Positions 29,164 through 39,430 are shown, numbered from the stretch's first letter. The stretch: DNA of 64,000 nt from an uncultured Acidobacteriota bacterium (GCA_963741715.1 CAVUJA010000001.1:2056205-2120204); one strand, 5' to 3'. Translations and numbers: made by a program. Notes: generated from the letters alone by a model not told the origin.

Positions 29164-30540
29164 TCAGGACGGGCCGGGGAGCCATCTGTCGATGTAGGCG
29201 CGGCTGTCGAACTTCCGCGAGGTGCTGGCGAACGACATGTAGCGGACCGTCCCGTAGATCGGCCGCTCCGGACCCCACGCGCGGTCGTGCTTGCCGACGA
29301 TCGCCCATGCGATGCCCGCGTAGCCGCTGGGATCGCGGCCGTCCAGCTGGTACCGGTCGTTCAGCGCGATCGCCGCGGCCATCGCGTCCTCGGGCGACCG
29401 CGACCACTCGAGGATCTTCTTCGCCCAGTACATCCGCACGTACCCGTGCATCCAGCCGCTCTCCACCATCTGGCGCTGCGCGGCGTTCCAGAGCGGGTCA
29501 TGGGTCTCGGTCCGCTCGAGCTCGCGCTCGGAGTACGTCCACTCGCGAACGTCCCCGCGATGCCGGGCGAGGGTGTCGAGCGCCCAGCGGGCGGCCGACT
29601 CCACCCGGTCGTACGAGGGGTTGTATCGCACGAAGTTGACCGCCAGCTCGCGCCGAATCACCAACTCCTCGATGAGCGCCTGGCGATCGGCCAGCGGCGC
29701 GTCGGCGTCACGAACCGCGAGCGCCGCTTCGCGCGGGCCGATCTGCCCGAAATGCAGGTACGGGGAGAGCCGGCTCGTGCCGTCGGCCTCGGGCCGGTTC
29801 CGTCGAATGGAGTACCCGTCGAGGCCTTGGCGGACAAACGCCTTCAGGCGTCCCAGGCCCGCATGCCGTCCGCCGCGCCACCCCGGCGCGGGCGCCACCG
29901 CGCGGTCGAGCCGCAAGTCGTCCAGGAGCCGCAGGTCGGGCGGGACACGCCGCAGGCCCGCGGGCGCCCGCCAGGCGACGGCCGCCTTCGTCCGCCGCGA
30001 CGGCCGCAGGCACAGATCCAGGTGACGCAGCACCCGGGGCCTCATCGTCCCCGCGGACCACTGTTCCTTCCCGAGGAGGACGGTCGGGACGACGACGTCG
30101 GCATCCACCGTCCAGAACGGGACGCGAAGCAGCTGGCTCACCTCGCGCCGCCACCGCTCCGGTTCGCGCAGCGGATTCTCGTCGCCGACGAGCAGCGACG
30201 CGCGGACGTCCTCGCAGAAGCGCGCCACCTCGTCGCGCCCGCCCACGCGCAGCACGAACCCGACGCCCCGGGCGGCCAGCGCGTCGGGCAGCTCCACGAG
30301 GCCTTCGACCATGAACTGGAAGTGGCGCAGGTTCGCGGACGGGAAGCGAGGGTCGAGCACGAACAACGCCACCACCGGCCGGCGCAGCTCGTTCGCGGCC
30401 GCGATGGCGGCATCGAGCGCCGGGTTGTCTTCGGCGCGCTGCGCCCGCTGCATCCAGCACACCACGGCCCTCCCGTCGAGGTCGGGCGGCCCGGCGCGGC
30501 GAACGTCGACACGCGGGTCGTCAGTCAGGACAGTCAACAT
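29164..30540 (-). CDS. phr: deoxyribodipyrimidine photolyase, class II type
   Basis: The N-terminal VVCWMQRAQRAEDNPALDAAI pattern and the C-terminal FAD-binding region (WNAAQRQMVESGWMHGYVRMYWAKKILEW) are present. Confidence 0.8.
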   Translation of the reverse strand: MLTVLTDDPRVDVRRAGPPDLDGRAVVCWMQRAQRAEDNPALDAAIAAANELRRPVVALFVLDPRFPSANLRHFQFMVEGLVELPDALAARGVGFVLRVGGRDEVARFCEDVRASLLVGDENPLREPERWRREVSQLLRVPFWTVDADVVVPTVLLGKEQWSAGTMRPRVLRHLDLCLRPSRRTKAAVAWRAPAGLRRVPPDLRLLDDLRLDRAVAPAPGWRGGRHAGLGRLKAFVRQGLDGYSIRRNRPEADGTSRLSPYLHFGQIGPREAALAVRDADAPLADRQALIEELVIRRELAVNFVRYNPSYDRVESAARWALDTLARHRGDVREWTYSERELERTETHDPLWNAAQRQMVESGWMHGYVRMYWAKKILEWSRSPEDAMAAAIALNDRYQLDGRDPSGYAGIAWAIVGKHDRAWGPERPIYGTVRYMSFASTSRKFDSRAYIDRWLPGPS

Positions 30541-30652
30541 CGGTCACGGATGCGAGAGTCGAGCGGGTTTCGGTTCCTCGGCGAGCGACCCGCGCACCAC
30601 GTGCTGCACGGACACGCGCGGCTGTCGGCCTCGCCAATATAACAAAAGGTTG

Positions 30653-30740
30653 TCGTGCCGAATGTCGAATGTCGAATGCCGAATGTAGAATGTAGAATGT
30701 CGAATGTCGAATGTAGAATGCCGAATGTAGAAATGTCGGG
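30653..30740. repeat. 7-bp tandem array (GAATGTC/GAATGTA/GAATGCC, about 11 units)
   Basis: The reverse complement belongs to the GCATTCN family. It lies in the divergent phr-galM gap and is preceded by an AT-rich aatataacaaaagg. Confidence 0.92.
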
Positions 30741-30821
30741 ACGCAGGATGCCAGACGCAGGTCGGTACCTCTGCATTCTTCATCGAGGCCTGCCGGTGCC
30801 GGCAGCCTGCGAAGGAGCGCC

Positions 30822-31996
30822 ATGAAATCGATCCTCTTGGTGGGTTGCGTTCTGTCCGCGGCCGTTGCGACGGCCGCTTTCGGCCAGGCGGGCGCTGCCG
30901 CCGGCGGCTCCAAGGCCGGCGTGCAGAAGAGCGCGTTCGGCAAGACGAAGGAGGGCGTTCCCGTGGACATCTACACGTTGACGAACAACCGCGGCATGAT
31001 CGCCAAGGTGATGACGTACGGCGCCACGCTCACGGAGCTGGTCGTGCCCGGCAAGGCCGGGGCTCCCGCCGACGTCGTTCTCGGCTTCGACAGCCTCGAG
31101 CCGTATCTCGCCGGCGTGCCGTATTTCGGCGCCACCGTCGGACGCGTCGGCAACCGGATCGCGAAGGGCGCGTTCACGCTGAATGGCAAGACCTACAAGC
31201 TGGCCACGAACGACGGTCCCAATCACCTCCACGGCGGCAACAAGGGCTTCGACAAGGTGGTGTGGAAGGCCGAGGTCGTGCCCGCGAAAGAGGGCCAGGC
31301 GGTGAAGTTCACCCATCGCAGCCCGGACGGGGACGAAGGGTACCCGGCAACCTCGACGTGACGGTCGTGTACACGCTCACCCACGCGAACGAGCTGCGGA
31401 TCGACTACACGGCGACCACCGACAAGGCGACGCCGGTGAACCTGACGAACCACAGCTACTTCAACCTCGCCGGGGAGGGCAGCGGCACGATCCTCGACCA
31501 CGTGATGATGATCAACGCCGACGCCATCACGCCGGTGGACAACGGCCTGATCCCGACGGGCAAGATCGCACCGGTGAAGGGCACGGCGTTCGACTTCACG
31601 ACGCCGACGGCCATCGGCGCGCGCATCGACAAGGTGCCGGGGCCGCCGCCGGGCGGCTACGACCACAACTACGTCCTCAACAAGGCGGCCGGATCCCCGG
31701 CGGGGGGTGCGGAGGGCGCGGGCGCGTTGACCCTGGCGGCGCGCGTGGTCGAGCCAGGCAGCGGGCGCGTGATGGAGGTGCGGACGACCGAGCCGGGCGT
31801 CCAGTTCTACACCGGCAATTTCCTGGACGGCACGATCAAGAACCGCAAGGGCGTGCCGTACGGGAAGCATGCCGCGTTCTGCCTCGAGACGCAGCACTTC
31901 CCCGATTCCGTGAACCACCCGAACTTCCCGTCCACCATCCTCGAACCCGGCAAGACCTACCGCACGACGACGGTGTACGCGTTCTCGGTGAAGTAG
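30822..31996 (+). pseudogene. galM: aldose 1-epimerase (galactose mutarotase) with signal peptide, interrupted by a 1-nt deletion near 31346
   Basis: ...SPDGDEGYP is in one frame and [21 protein letters not shown]... is in the -1 frame. The sequence tacccgg^caac is expected to be ccgggc. The length is 3n+2. Confidence 0.85.
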
Positions 31997-32018
31997 GGAT
32001 CGGGGTGAGGGCCGCATA

Positions 32019-32138
<120 letters not shown>

Positions 32139-32144
32139 GAGAAA

Positions 32145-32831
32145 CTACTTGATCCCCACCAGCTCGATCTCGAAGATCAGCGTCGCGTTGGGCCCAATCT
32201 CGCCGCCGGGGGTGCCGCGCTCCGCGTAGGCCAGGCTGCCGGGGATGAACACCTGCCACTTCGATCCGACCGGCATCAGCTGCAGCACCTCGGTCCACCC
32301 CTTGATCACCTGCCCCACCGGGAAGGTCGCCGGCGCGCCGCGTTTGTACGAGCTGTCGAATTCCTTGCCGTCGATGAACGTGCCGCGGTAGTGCACCGTC
32401 ACCTGGTCGGTGGCGAGGGGCTTCTTGCCGGTGCCCATCGTCATGACCTTGTACTGCAGGCCGCTCGGCAGCGTCACCACGCCGTCCTTGGCCTTGTTCG
32501 CCGCGAGGAATGCGTCACCCTCGGCCTTGTTCTTGTCCGCAGCCACCTTCGCCTCCGCCGCCAGCTTTGCCGCCACCGTCTTCTGCAACTCGCCGATGAT
32601 CGCCCTGGCCTCGTCCGCGGTCATCGCCGTCTTGGCGCCGGTGAGGGCGTCTTTCAGCCCCTGCGCGAGGATCGCGGGGTCGACCTCCACCGATCGGGAC
32701 TTGAACTGGGCGCCCATGTCCATGCCCAGCGCGTAGCTCAGCTTGTCCTTCTCGGTTTTGAGCGCGGGGGCCTCCTGCGCGGCGGCCAGTGCCGGCAGCG
32801 CGACCATCACCAACGTCAGCATCCATCGCAT
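32145..32831 (-). CDS. fkpA: FKBP-type peptidyl-prolyl isomerase (FkpA/Mip-like, periplasmic)
   Basis: A signal peptide (MRWMLTLVMVALPALAAAQE), an N-terminal dimerisation helix region and a C-terminal FKBP domain (VTVHYRGTFIDGKEFDSS...GWTEVLQLMPVGSKW) are present. Confidence 0.85.
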   Translation of the reverse strand: MRWMLTLVMVALPALAAAQEAPALKTEKDKLSYALGMDMGAQFKSRSVEVDPAILAQGLKDALTGAKTAMTADEARAIIGELQKTVAAKLAAEAKVAADKNKAEGDAFLAANKAKDGVVTLPSGLQYKVMTMGTGKKPLATDQVTVHYRGTFIDGKEFDSSYKRGAPATFPVGQVIKGWTEVLQLMPVGSKWQVFIPGSLAYAERGTPGGEIGPNATLIFEIELVGIK

Positions 32832-33085
32832 CGTCGTGCCCTTTCTCGAGTTGAAATCAGGCCGCATCCTCGCCCGCGTGGTCGAGGCGTGCCGCCAGGT
32901 CTGGCAATCAAACGGGAGGCCTCACACGGGCGCAGGGCGCCCCTCGACGTCGCTCGGGGCGCCCTGAGCGGGGTCGAAGGGCGCAAGCCTGGTTCGCGCC
33001 TCGAGGCCGACTAGCAGGATACCCGATCGGCAGACGGGATGAGAGCGGGACAGATGTCGGTTGCATCGCGGCTTCCGTGGACGGG

Positions 33086-33436
33086 TCACGCGTCTGCCGT
33101 CGTGGAGGCCGGGTCGGGCACGATTCCCGTGATTCGGTAGCTGTCGATCGTCACGGCCACCGCGGCCGGCGCATCCGGATTGCCGCTCCGCCGAACGACA
33201 TGCCCCTGGCACTGCACCTGGGACCGGCCACGGAGGCCGAGACTGGGCAGCGCCAGCACGAATTCGAGTGTCGCGGCGGTTTCCGGGCAGGGCGAGGGGC
33301 CCGTGAAGAGGACGCCGGTGCGGCTCACGTTCACGGTCCTGCCCGTCCGCCAGTCGTCCGCCCCGACACACCTGTACGAGAGAGGCGTCGACATCTCGTA
33401 CCGGGTCGCACGAGGTCGGCCGGCTGACTGCTGCAT
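33086..33436 (-). CDS. PilZ-domain protein (candidate c-di-GMP receptor)
   Basis: RPRATRYE resembles RxxxR, and NVSRTGVLF resembles D/NxSxxG. It is a small 116-aa single-domain protein. Confidence 0.5.
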   Translation of the reverse strand: MQQSAGRPRATRYEMSTPLSYRCVGADDWRTGRTVNVSRTGVLFTGPSPCPETAATLEFVLALPSLGLRGRSQVQCQGHVVRRSGNPDAPAAVAVTIDSYRITGIVPDPASTTADA

Positions 33437-33612
33437 CCAGGACCCCTTCGCGGCCGCTCACCGCCTTGCATCGACGTAGGGGGGTATCTGCGCCGTCTCC
33501 CAGTGTGAGCGAAACCCGCCTTCCCAGCAATGGCGCGAAGGTACCAGGGGACCCGGTACTTTAGCGTACTGTGACCATGCGACCGGGCGGTCGCGCGGGC
33601 CGGGGGATCCGG

Positions 33613-35751
33613 TCACCGTGTCCCCAAGTACTTCCGCGGCTCCTGCGCGAATCTCCGTTTGCATTCCTCCGAACAGAAGTAGTACCGGTTGCCGTTGAAG
33701 TCGAGCGTGAGGCCAGCAGCCAGTGCCTGCGCCTGGACTGTGGCCATCCCGCAAACGGGGTCGATGGCGTCGTGTGTACCTGGTCCGGGCCTGGCTTGTA
33801 CGTCGGAGGAACCGTTGATGGCGGGATTCTCGCCGCCGAGCGGACTAGCCTGGGCGACTCGGGGAAACCCGGGCCGGGCGTGGTACCCTGGCCGGCGGTC
33901 AGCCGTCGTGGCCGCAAGCCGAGTTGCGGGGAGAGCAGCCGTCGCGGTGTCGGCCGAACGCACGGCCGCCTCGTCCACCTCTGTCTCGACCGCCGGAGTC
34001 GCCGCAACAGGGCCAGGCGGTTGCACTTCGGCCTTCGCGGCGTATCGAGCAGGGTCCTTGTCGAACTCCGCCTTGCAGGCGTCTGTCAGGAAGTAGTAGG
34101 TCTTCCCCGCATGGGTCGACCTCAGGACGTTGGGCGCGGTGACATCCACGTCCGCGCCGCAGACGGGGTCAGTTCTGAAGACGCTGCGACCGGTCGCCAC
34201 TGGCGGCGAGGCAGGTCCCGGGTCGGACACGCCGGCCGGGTCGGCCACGGGGCTCCGCCAATCCCGGGCGGCACCGGGCGCCGGGGCGGGAACCGCGGCG
34301 GATGTCGCCCGCCCGGATGACGGCGGCGGCGCCGCCTCCTTCTCCGCATACTCCGCGGGCTTCGCCTCGAACTGCTTCTTGCACAGATCGGAGCAGAAGT
34401 AGTAGGTGCGGCCCTGGTGCGCGACGGCATGGCCGTCGGCGGTCGCCTTGGACCTGTCCACCGACATGCCGCAGACCGGATCGGTTTCCGGGACCGTGAT
34501 ACCGGTCGCCGCGAGCTGCATCCGGCTCTCGGAATCGATGAGAAAGTTGCCAGCCACGACTACCTGGTCGCCTGGCACGAGTCCCCGCACCACTTCGATC
34601 CGGTCATCAACCCTCCAGCCCGTTTCAATCCGGCGCGGCTCGAAGTAGCCGTTGCCGCGGTCGACGAACACGGTCTTCCGGATGCCGGAGTCCACGACGG
34701 CATCGACGGGAACCGTGATCGACTCCGGCAGGCTGACTGACAGGTCCACGTCGACGAACATGCCCGGGCGCAGCGCGAACCCCGGGTTTGGCGTGTCCAG
34801 TCGGAGCTTCAGCGTCCGGGTGGATGGGTCGAACTGGGGAAGGACGTCCCCCATCCGGCCGGAGATGGACGCGCCCTCGCTGTAAGGCAGCGAGATCTTC
34901 GCCGCGGCGCCTGGCTGGACGTAGCGCGCGTCGCTCTCGAAGAGGTCCGCCAGCACCCAGACGTTGGTGAGGTCCGCAATCTTGTAGAACTCGGTCGCGC
35001 GGTCGAATCGCTGGTTGGGAGACGCGCTGCGCTCCAGAACGTACCCCGATACCGGAGAGCGGAGTTCGATGGTTGCCACCCGCTGCCGTGTCCGCGCAAT
35101 CGCGGCGATCTGCGTGTCGCTCATGCCCAACGCCTGCAGGCTCTCGGTGGCCTGCCTGACCTGGTCGCGGGTGAGGTCCGACTGCTCGGTCGGCTCGCCC
35201 TTGTCGGCGCTGATCCGATCGAGCGTGTTCAACGCATAGATGAACGCCTGTTGCGCCGCGAGCGAATCGCGGCTGTAGAACGTCAGCAGCAGCTGGTCCC
35301 TTCGCACCAGGCTGCCGGCCGAATTGGGGAGGAGTTCCCGGATCGTGCCCTCCCCGGCAGCGATAAGCCGGTAGATCCGGTTCTCGTCCACCGTCACGCG
35401 GCCCACGGTCCTGATCTTCCGCGTGACCGACGATCGTGCGACCTGGCCCACCCGGATGCCGAGGACCTGCTGGCGCTCCACGGGCACCCGCAACGCGCCG
35501 GGCGGGACAGACGACCCGCTGGCGACGGCGGGGTCGTCGGCATAGACCGGTTCGAGCTTCATCCCGCAGTCGGGCGCGGTGCCGGGCTTGTCCGACTTGT
35601 AGGAGGGGTGCATCGGATCGACCCAGTAGAGCACCCGTCGCGCCGCCACGGGCGGTCCCGCCCCGTGAGCGCGCCACGTCAGCCAGGCGCCCCCCAGGAA
35701 GCACGCGGCGCCGAAGGCGACAACGAGGGCCACCGATGTCAGCCTCTTCAT
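33613..35751 (-). CDS. CusB-like RND periplasmic adaptor with an N-terminal heavy-metal-binding motif and three C-terminal YHS/TRASH domains
   Basis: The N-terminus reads YWVDPMHPSYKSDKPGTAPDCGMKLEP and is followed by an MFP core. Three DPVCG(M)...YYF(C/L)S..C...F...P..Y modules follow, separated by Pro/Ala-rich linkers. Confidence 0.8.
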   Translation of the reverse strand: MKRLTSVALVVAFGAACFLGGAWLTWRAHGAGPPVAARRVLYWVDPMHPSYKSDKPGTAPDCGMKLEPVYADDPAVASGSSVPPGALRVPVERQQVLGIRVGQVARSSVTRKIRTVGRVTVDENRIYRLIAAGEGTIRELLPNSAGSLVRRDQLLLTFYSRDSLAAQQAFIYALNTLDRISADKGEPTEQSDLTRDQVRQATESLQALGMSDTQIAAIARTRQRVATIELRSPVSGYVLERSASPNQRFDRATEFYKIADLTNVWVLADLFESDARYVQPGAAAKISLPYSEGASISGRMGDVLPQFDPSTRTLKLRLDTPNPGFALRPGMFVDVDLSVSLPESITVPVDAVVDSGIRKTVFVDRGNGYFEPRRIETGWRVDDRIEVVRGLVPGDQVVVAGNFLIDSESRMQLAATGITVPETDPVCGMSVDRSKATADGHAVAHQGRTYYFCSDLCKKQFEAKPAEYAEKEAAPPPSSGRATSAAVPAPAPGAARDWRSPVADPAGVSDPGPASPPVATGRSVFRTDPVCGADVDVTAPNVLRSTHAGKTYYFLTDACKAEFDKDPARYAAKAEVQPPGPVAATPAVETEVDEAAVRSADTATAALPATRLAATTADRRPGYHARPGFPRVAQASPLGGENPAINGSSDVQARPGPGTHDAIDPVCGMATVQAQALAAGLTLDFNGNRYYFCSEECKRRFAQEPRKYLGTR

Positions 35752-35881
35752 GTCGAACTCCCGGAGCAGAACGAGCCGGTCCGGCCCACCAGCGGCCTGC
35801 CGGACCGACTCCAGTTGATGCGCCGTGCGAGGCCCCGCGGACGAGCCATCGGCCCGCGAGGCCGCCGCGGAACATCGCGCC

Positions 35882-38048
35882 CTACGGCTTCGACAGAGGC
35901 GTGACGACCAGCGGCCGCATCATGTCGTGCTCTTCGTGCTCGAGGATGTGGCAGTGCCACACGTACTCGGTACTTTCCCTTGAACCGAGGGCTCGTCGGG
36001 ACCTTCACGGGGAACTTGTGGTTGATCTTCACCGGCATGTTCGGGAGATCGAACCGCATGGCCACCACCGTCACCTCGCCGGGGTTCATGCGGACGGTTT
36101 CCTTCCACCCGGTCTCGTTCGCGTCGGGTGGCCGGAGGTCGCCGATCGGCGCGAAGGTCGGTCCTTTCTCGTCGAACGGCGCGCGACCAATGATCTTCAC
36201 GTTGGCGATGTGGAAGTGAATCGGGTGCGTGTCGCCCGTCTGATTGTAGATCTCCCAAATCTGGGTCTCGCCCTCGTCCGGCATATTCTCTTCCGGCGTG
36301 ATGGCGTCCAGGTAGTTCATCGAGTATGTCGTGTTGCCCTCGTTGTTCAGGCCGCGCGGGACCGTCGTGCCGAGCCGCTGGATCAGGCGGCCGTACTGAT
36401 CGAAGTCCTCGTTGAGGGTCTTCTGGACGAGCGTGGCGCCCCTCGTATCCAGCTCGTTGTCCCCCTGCCTCCAGGCGTCGTACAGCGCGTTGGTGGCGGC
36501 AGTCAGCCAGGCGTCGTACGACACCGCGTCCCGGGTGCCGTCGTCGACAACGCGGATCTGCAGCACCCCACGGGTATCGGGCCCGTATGCCGGGTTCTGT
36601 CCCTTCTGGTTCACGCCGCCCCAGGGGCTCCAGTCCCCGGAGCCGGCATAATAGTCGTTGCGCGGGTCGCCCCCCGGGAACGGCGCAGGGGCGTCGTTGT
36701 ACAGCATCAGCACGCTGTTGTTCGGGCACTTGGAGAAGTCGATGACCACATCCGCCCGCTCAGCGCCTCCGAGCAACAGGTTGTAGCCCACGGCGTTCCC
36801 GTTGGCGTCGAAGCCGAGCGCCGGGTGAGGCGGGTTGTTGAACACCGCCGGCGCAGGCAGGAACCCGCCCTCCGTGCCGAGTTGCACGATCGGGGGGCCG
36901 GGCTTCTTCAGGTTAACCTTGAAGCCGTTGCCCGTCGCATACCAAAGCGACAGGTTGAACATCCGGGCCTGCGAACCGTTCAGCATCCGGAACCGCATGC
37001 GGCGCCGCGGGACCTCGAGGAATGGATAGGCGGCTCCGTTGAGAACGATGTTGTCCGAGAAGAACTCCGGAATGCACGAGTTGTCCGGCAGGGGCTGAAT
37101 TGGGGAGCCGCCGCGGTCCCATCGACCCGTGACGCCATAGGTGTCGCGGTTGAAGTCGGGCAGTTCGTCGAGGGCGTTGGGCCCCTCGTAGACGTTCGGG
37201 TACCACAAGTCGCCGGCCTTGCCCCGCCGGTCGGCCACCTTCTTGTAGGACTTGTCCTGGAGCACGAGCGGGATGCCGACGAGATTCGGCAAGACACCGG
37301 CGTCGACCATGCCGGTTTCGACGTCGTCGATGAGGACGTACGGCGCGGCGAGGCCGGCATAGGCGTTCAGCCGCGTGATACCCACGGCATGGTCGTGGTA
37401 CCACATGAGCCGTGCGCTCTGCTGGTTCGGATACCAGTAGTCGCTCGTCTTCTTGCCGGCGGCGTCCGGCAGCCAGTCCACGAGGGACGGCCCGTGCGCG
37501 CCCGACGGCGCGAACCAGTGGAACGGCCCGCCGTCGCTCATCCACGGCACGACGCCGCCGTGCAGGTGGACGGAGGCTCGATTCGGCAGCTGACCGGTCT
37601 CCGCGCCTGGGAGAGTGTTGTCCACCGGAAGCGGGTGGACGGGCGGGAGCAGGTTCGTGAACTTGATCCGCACCGGTTTGTCCCGCGTCGCGACGATGGC
37701 CGGTCCGAGATAGCGGAAGGGTGTCGCCCCATTGGTGGCGTCGGCGTAACCCCACAGCTTCGTCGGCCCGGGCAGGTCCGGGTGCATCCACTGCTGGTAT
37801 TGGCCCATGACGATGCGATAGAAGTCCACCGGGATCGAGGCACCCCCGGCGAACTGTGCGGTGTAGAACTCCGTCTTGCTCGCGGAAGCCACCGGGATGC
37901 CGGCCGGGCCGACACCGGGCAGCCGCTGGATGAACCTCCGCAGCGGTGGGCTCTGCGCGAAGGCGTAGACCTTCCCGTTCCCGGCGACCCAGAGGCCCGC
38001 GGTCGCCATCGCCGATGTCGTGATGAAACGCCGTCTCGTCAATCTCAT
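35882..38048 (-). pseudogene. Tat-exported multicopper oxidase, interrupted by a 1-nt insertion near 35969 just before the last copper site
   Basis: A Tat signal (RRRFITTSAMA) and copper sites HLHGG, WYHDH and HPIHFH are in frame. After ...PRFKGKY the true continuation EYVWHCHILEHEEHDMMRPLVVTPLSKP* lies in the next frame (plus strand gtactc[g]gtactt). The length is 3n+1. Confidence 0.8.
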
Positions 38049-38356
38049 AAGTCATCCCCCATCGCAGCCGGCACGCGATGAACCGTGACAGACCTTCGCC
38101 TCGACTCAGGCTCCCGTGAAGGCCCAGTGGCAATTGTGGGCATGGGGGGCCGGGCCCGAAATGGCCCCACGGGTACTAGTGGGCGTAGCCCATTCGGTAC
38201 CTGGGCGAACCTGGTACTTTGGTCCTACCTGCGGTTTCGGGAGTCCGGGAACGGGCACCCCGCGGCACGAACCCGCGCTAGGATCGCCGCCGTAGCAGTA
38301 GGGAGCCTCGTGAAGGGCGACGCTGCCGGCGCCATGCGCGTCGCCGTGCAGGGATC

Positions 38357-39430
38357 TCAGAAGGCCGACAACGCCCGGCCAAGTTGCGCGAGCCCCTCCG
38401 ACAGCACCTCCGGCCGGCCGCCGAAGCCAAGTCTGAAGTGCGCCGGCGCCTGGAAGAAGCGCCCCGGCACGACGTCGGTGTCGAACTCGCGCGCGAGGCG
38501 CTCGACGAAGGGACCGCAGTCCTCCACGCCGCGAATCCGCGGGAAGACGACGGTTCCGGCCGCCGGCTGGACGTGCTCGAGGTCCGGCCGAGATTCCAGG
38601 AACGATCTCACGATCTTGCCGTTGTGATCGAGCAGCCTCCGCGCGCGGGCGGCGAGGCGATCGAGAAGGGAGAAGGCGAGCACCGACAGCCGCTCTGCCG
38701 GAAACGCGCCCGAGCCGTCCACGATGTCGCGCGCGCGCCGGATCGATTCGGCCACGTCGGGATGCGCCAGCGCCCACCCGCACCGAAGGCCCGCAAGGCC
38801 GTAGCTCTTCGTCAGGCTGCTCGTGGAGACGAAGACCGGCGAGCGGGCGGCCGCCGGCGGGACGTCCCCGGCGACGGCGGTATCGAGATAGACCTCGTCC
38901 ACGATAACGAGCGCGCCGTGGCGTTCCGCGAGACGACCCACCTCGTCCAGGTCGGCATCGGCCGCCAGGACGCCAGTCGGATTGTGCGCGTTGGTGATGA
39001 CGATCAGGCGCGTCCGCGGCGTCATCGCGGCGCGCACCGCGTCGGGATCGAGCCGGTAGCCGTCCGCGAAGCGGCGGTCGAACCGGGTCACGTTCGCATT
39101 GAGCAGCGCGACCGGCCCCATCAGCGGGTCGTACCCCGGCCGCTCCACCAGCACGTCGTCGCCCGCCTTGACGAGCGCCGCGAACGCGAGGAAGTTGGCG
39201 CCAGACGCTCCCTGCGCAGTGACCACCATGTCGGGCATCACGCCGTAGCGCGCGGCAATCGCCTCCACGAGCGGCGGATAGCCGTTGTCGTTGTCGCCGT
39301 GGAGTTCGAGCGCCTCGCGCGCGCCCGGCAGGTCGGTCAGTTCACACGGCAGGAGGTTGCTGCCTGCCAGGCTCACCCGCGAGCGCGGATGCCGCTTGGC
39401 CCATTCCATGTAGGGTGCTAATGAAGACAT
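38357..39430 (-). CDS. PLP-dependent aminotransferase (class I/II)
   Basis: NAHNPTG and SSLTKSYGLAGLRCGW (PLP lysine region) are present. Confidence 0.8.
   Translation of the reverse strand: MSSLAPYMEWAKRHPRSRVSLAGSNLLPCELTDLPGAREALELHGDNDNGYPPLVEAIAARYGVMPDMVVTAQGASGANFLAFAALVKAGDDVLVERPGYDPLMGPVALLNANVTRFDRRFADGYRLDPDAVRAAMTPRTRLIVITNAHNPTGVLAADADLDEVGRLAERHGALVIVDEVYLDTAVAGDVPPAAARSPVFVSTSSLTKSYGLAGLRCGWALAHPDVAESIRRARDIVDGSGAFPAERLSVLAFSLLDRLAARARRLLDHNGKIVRSFLESRPDLEHVQPAAGTVVFPRIRGVEDCGPFVERLAREFDTDVVPGRFFQAPAHFRLGFGGRPEVLSEGLAQLGRALSAF

Noticed and set aside
30534-30783. ORFs that translate the heptamer arrays, such as MQNAECRMQNAE..., ...[18 protein letters not shown]... and ...LATSH-type peptides. 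They occur at 3963-4220, 4024-4254 (5' part), 30534-30783, 58954-59154 and 59036-59347.
   Set aside because: A 7-bp period cycles through all three frames, so the apparent peptide repeats are an artefact of the DNA repeat. The arrays differ in length and lack starts or SDs.
32933-32966. A perfect 11-bp palindrome, cagggcgcccc-N12-ggggcgccctg, between PilZ and fkpA, considered as a terminator.
   Set aside because: No U-tract is present on either strand, and it lies 120 nt beyond the PilZ stop. It may be structural, but it is not supportable as a terminator from sequence alone.
33521-33546. A sigma-54 promoter reading of tGGTACcttcgcgccaTTGCt on the minus strand near the GGTAC motif.
   Set aside because: The GG-to-GC spacing is about 17 nt instead of the required 12.
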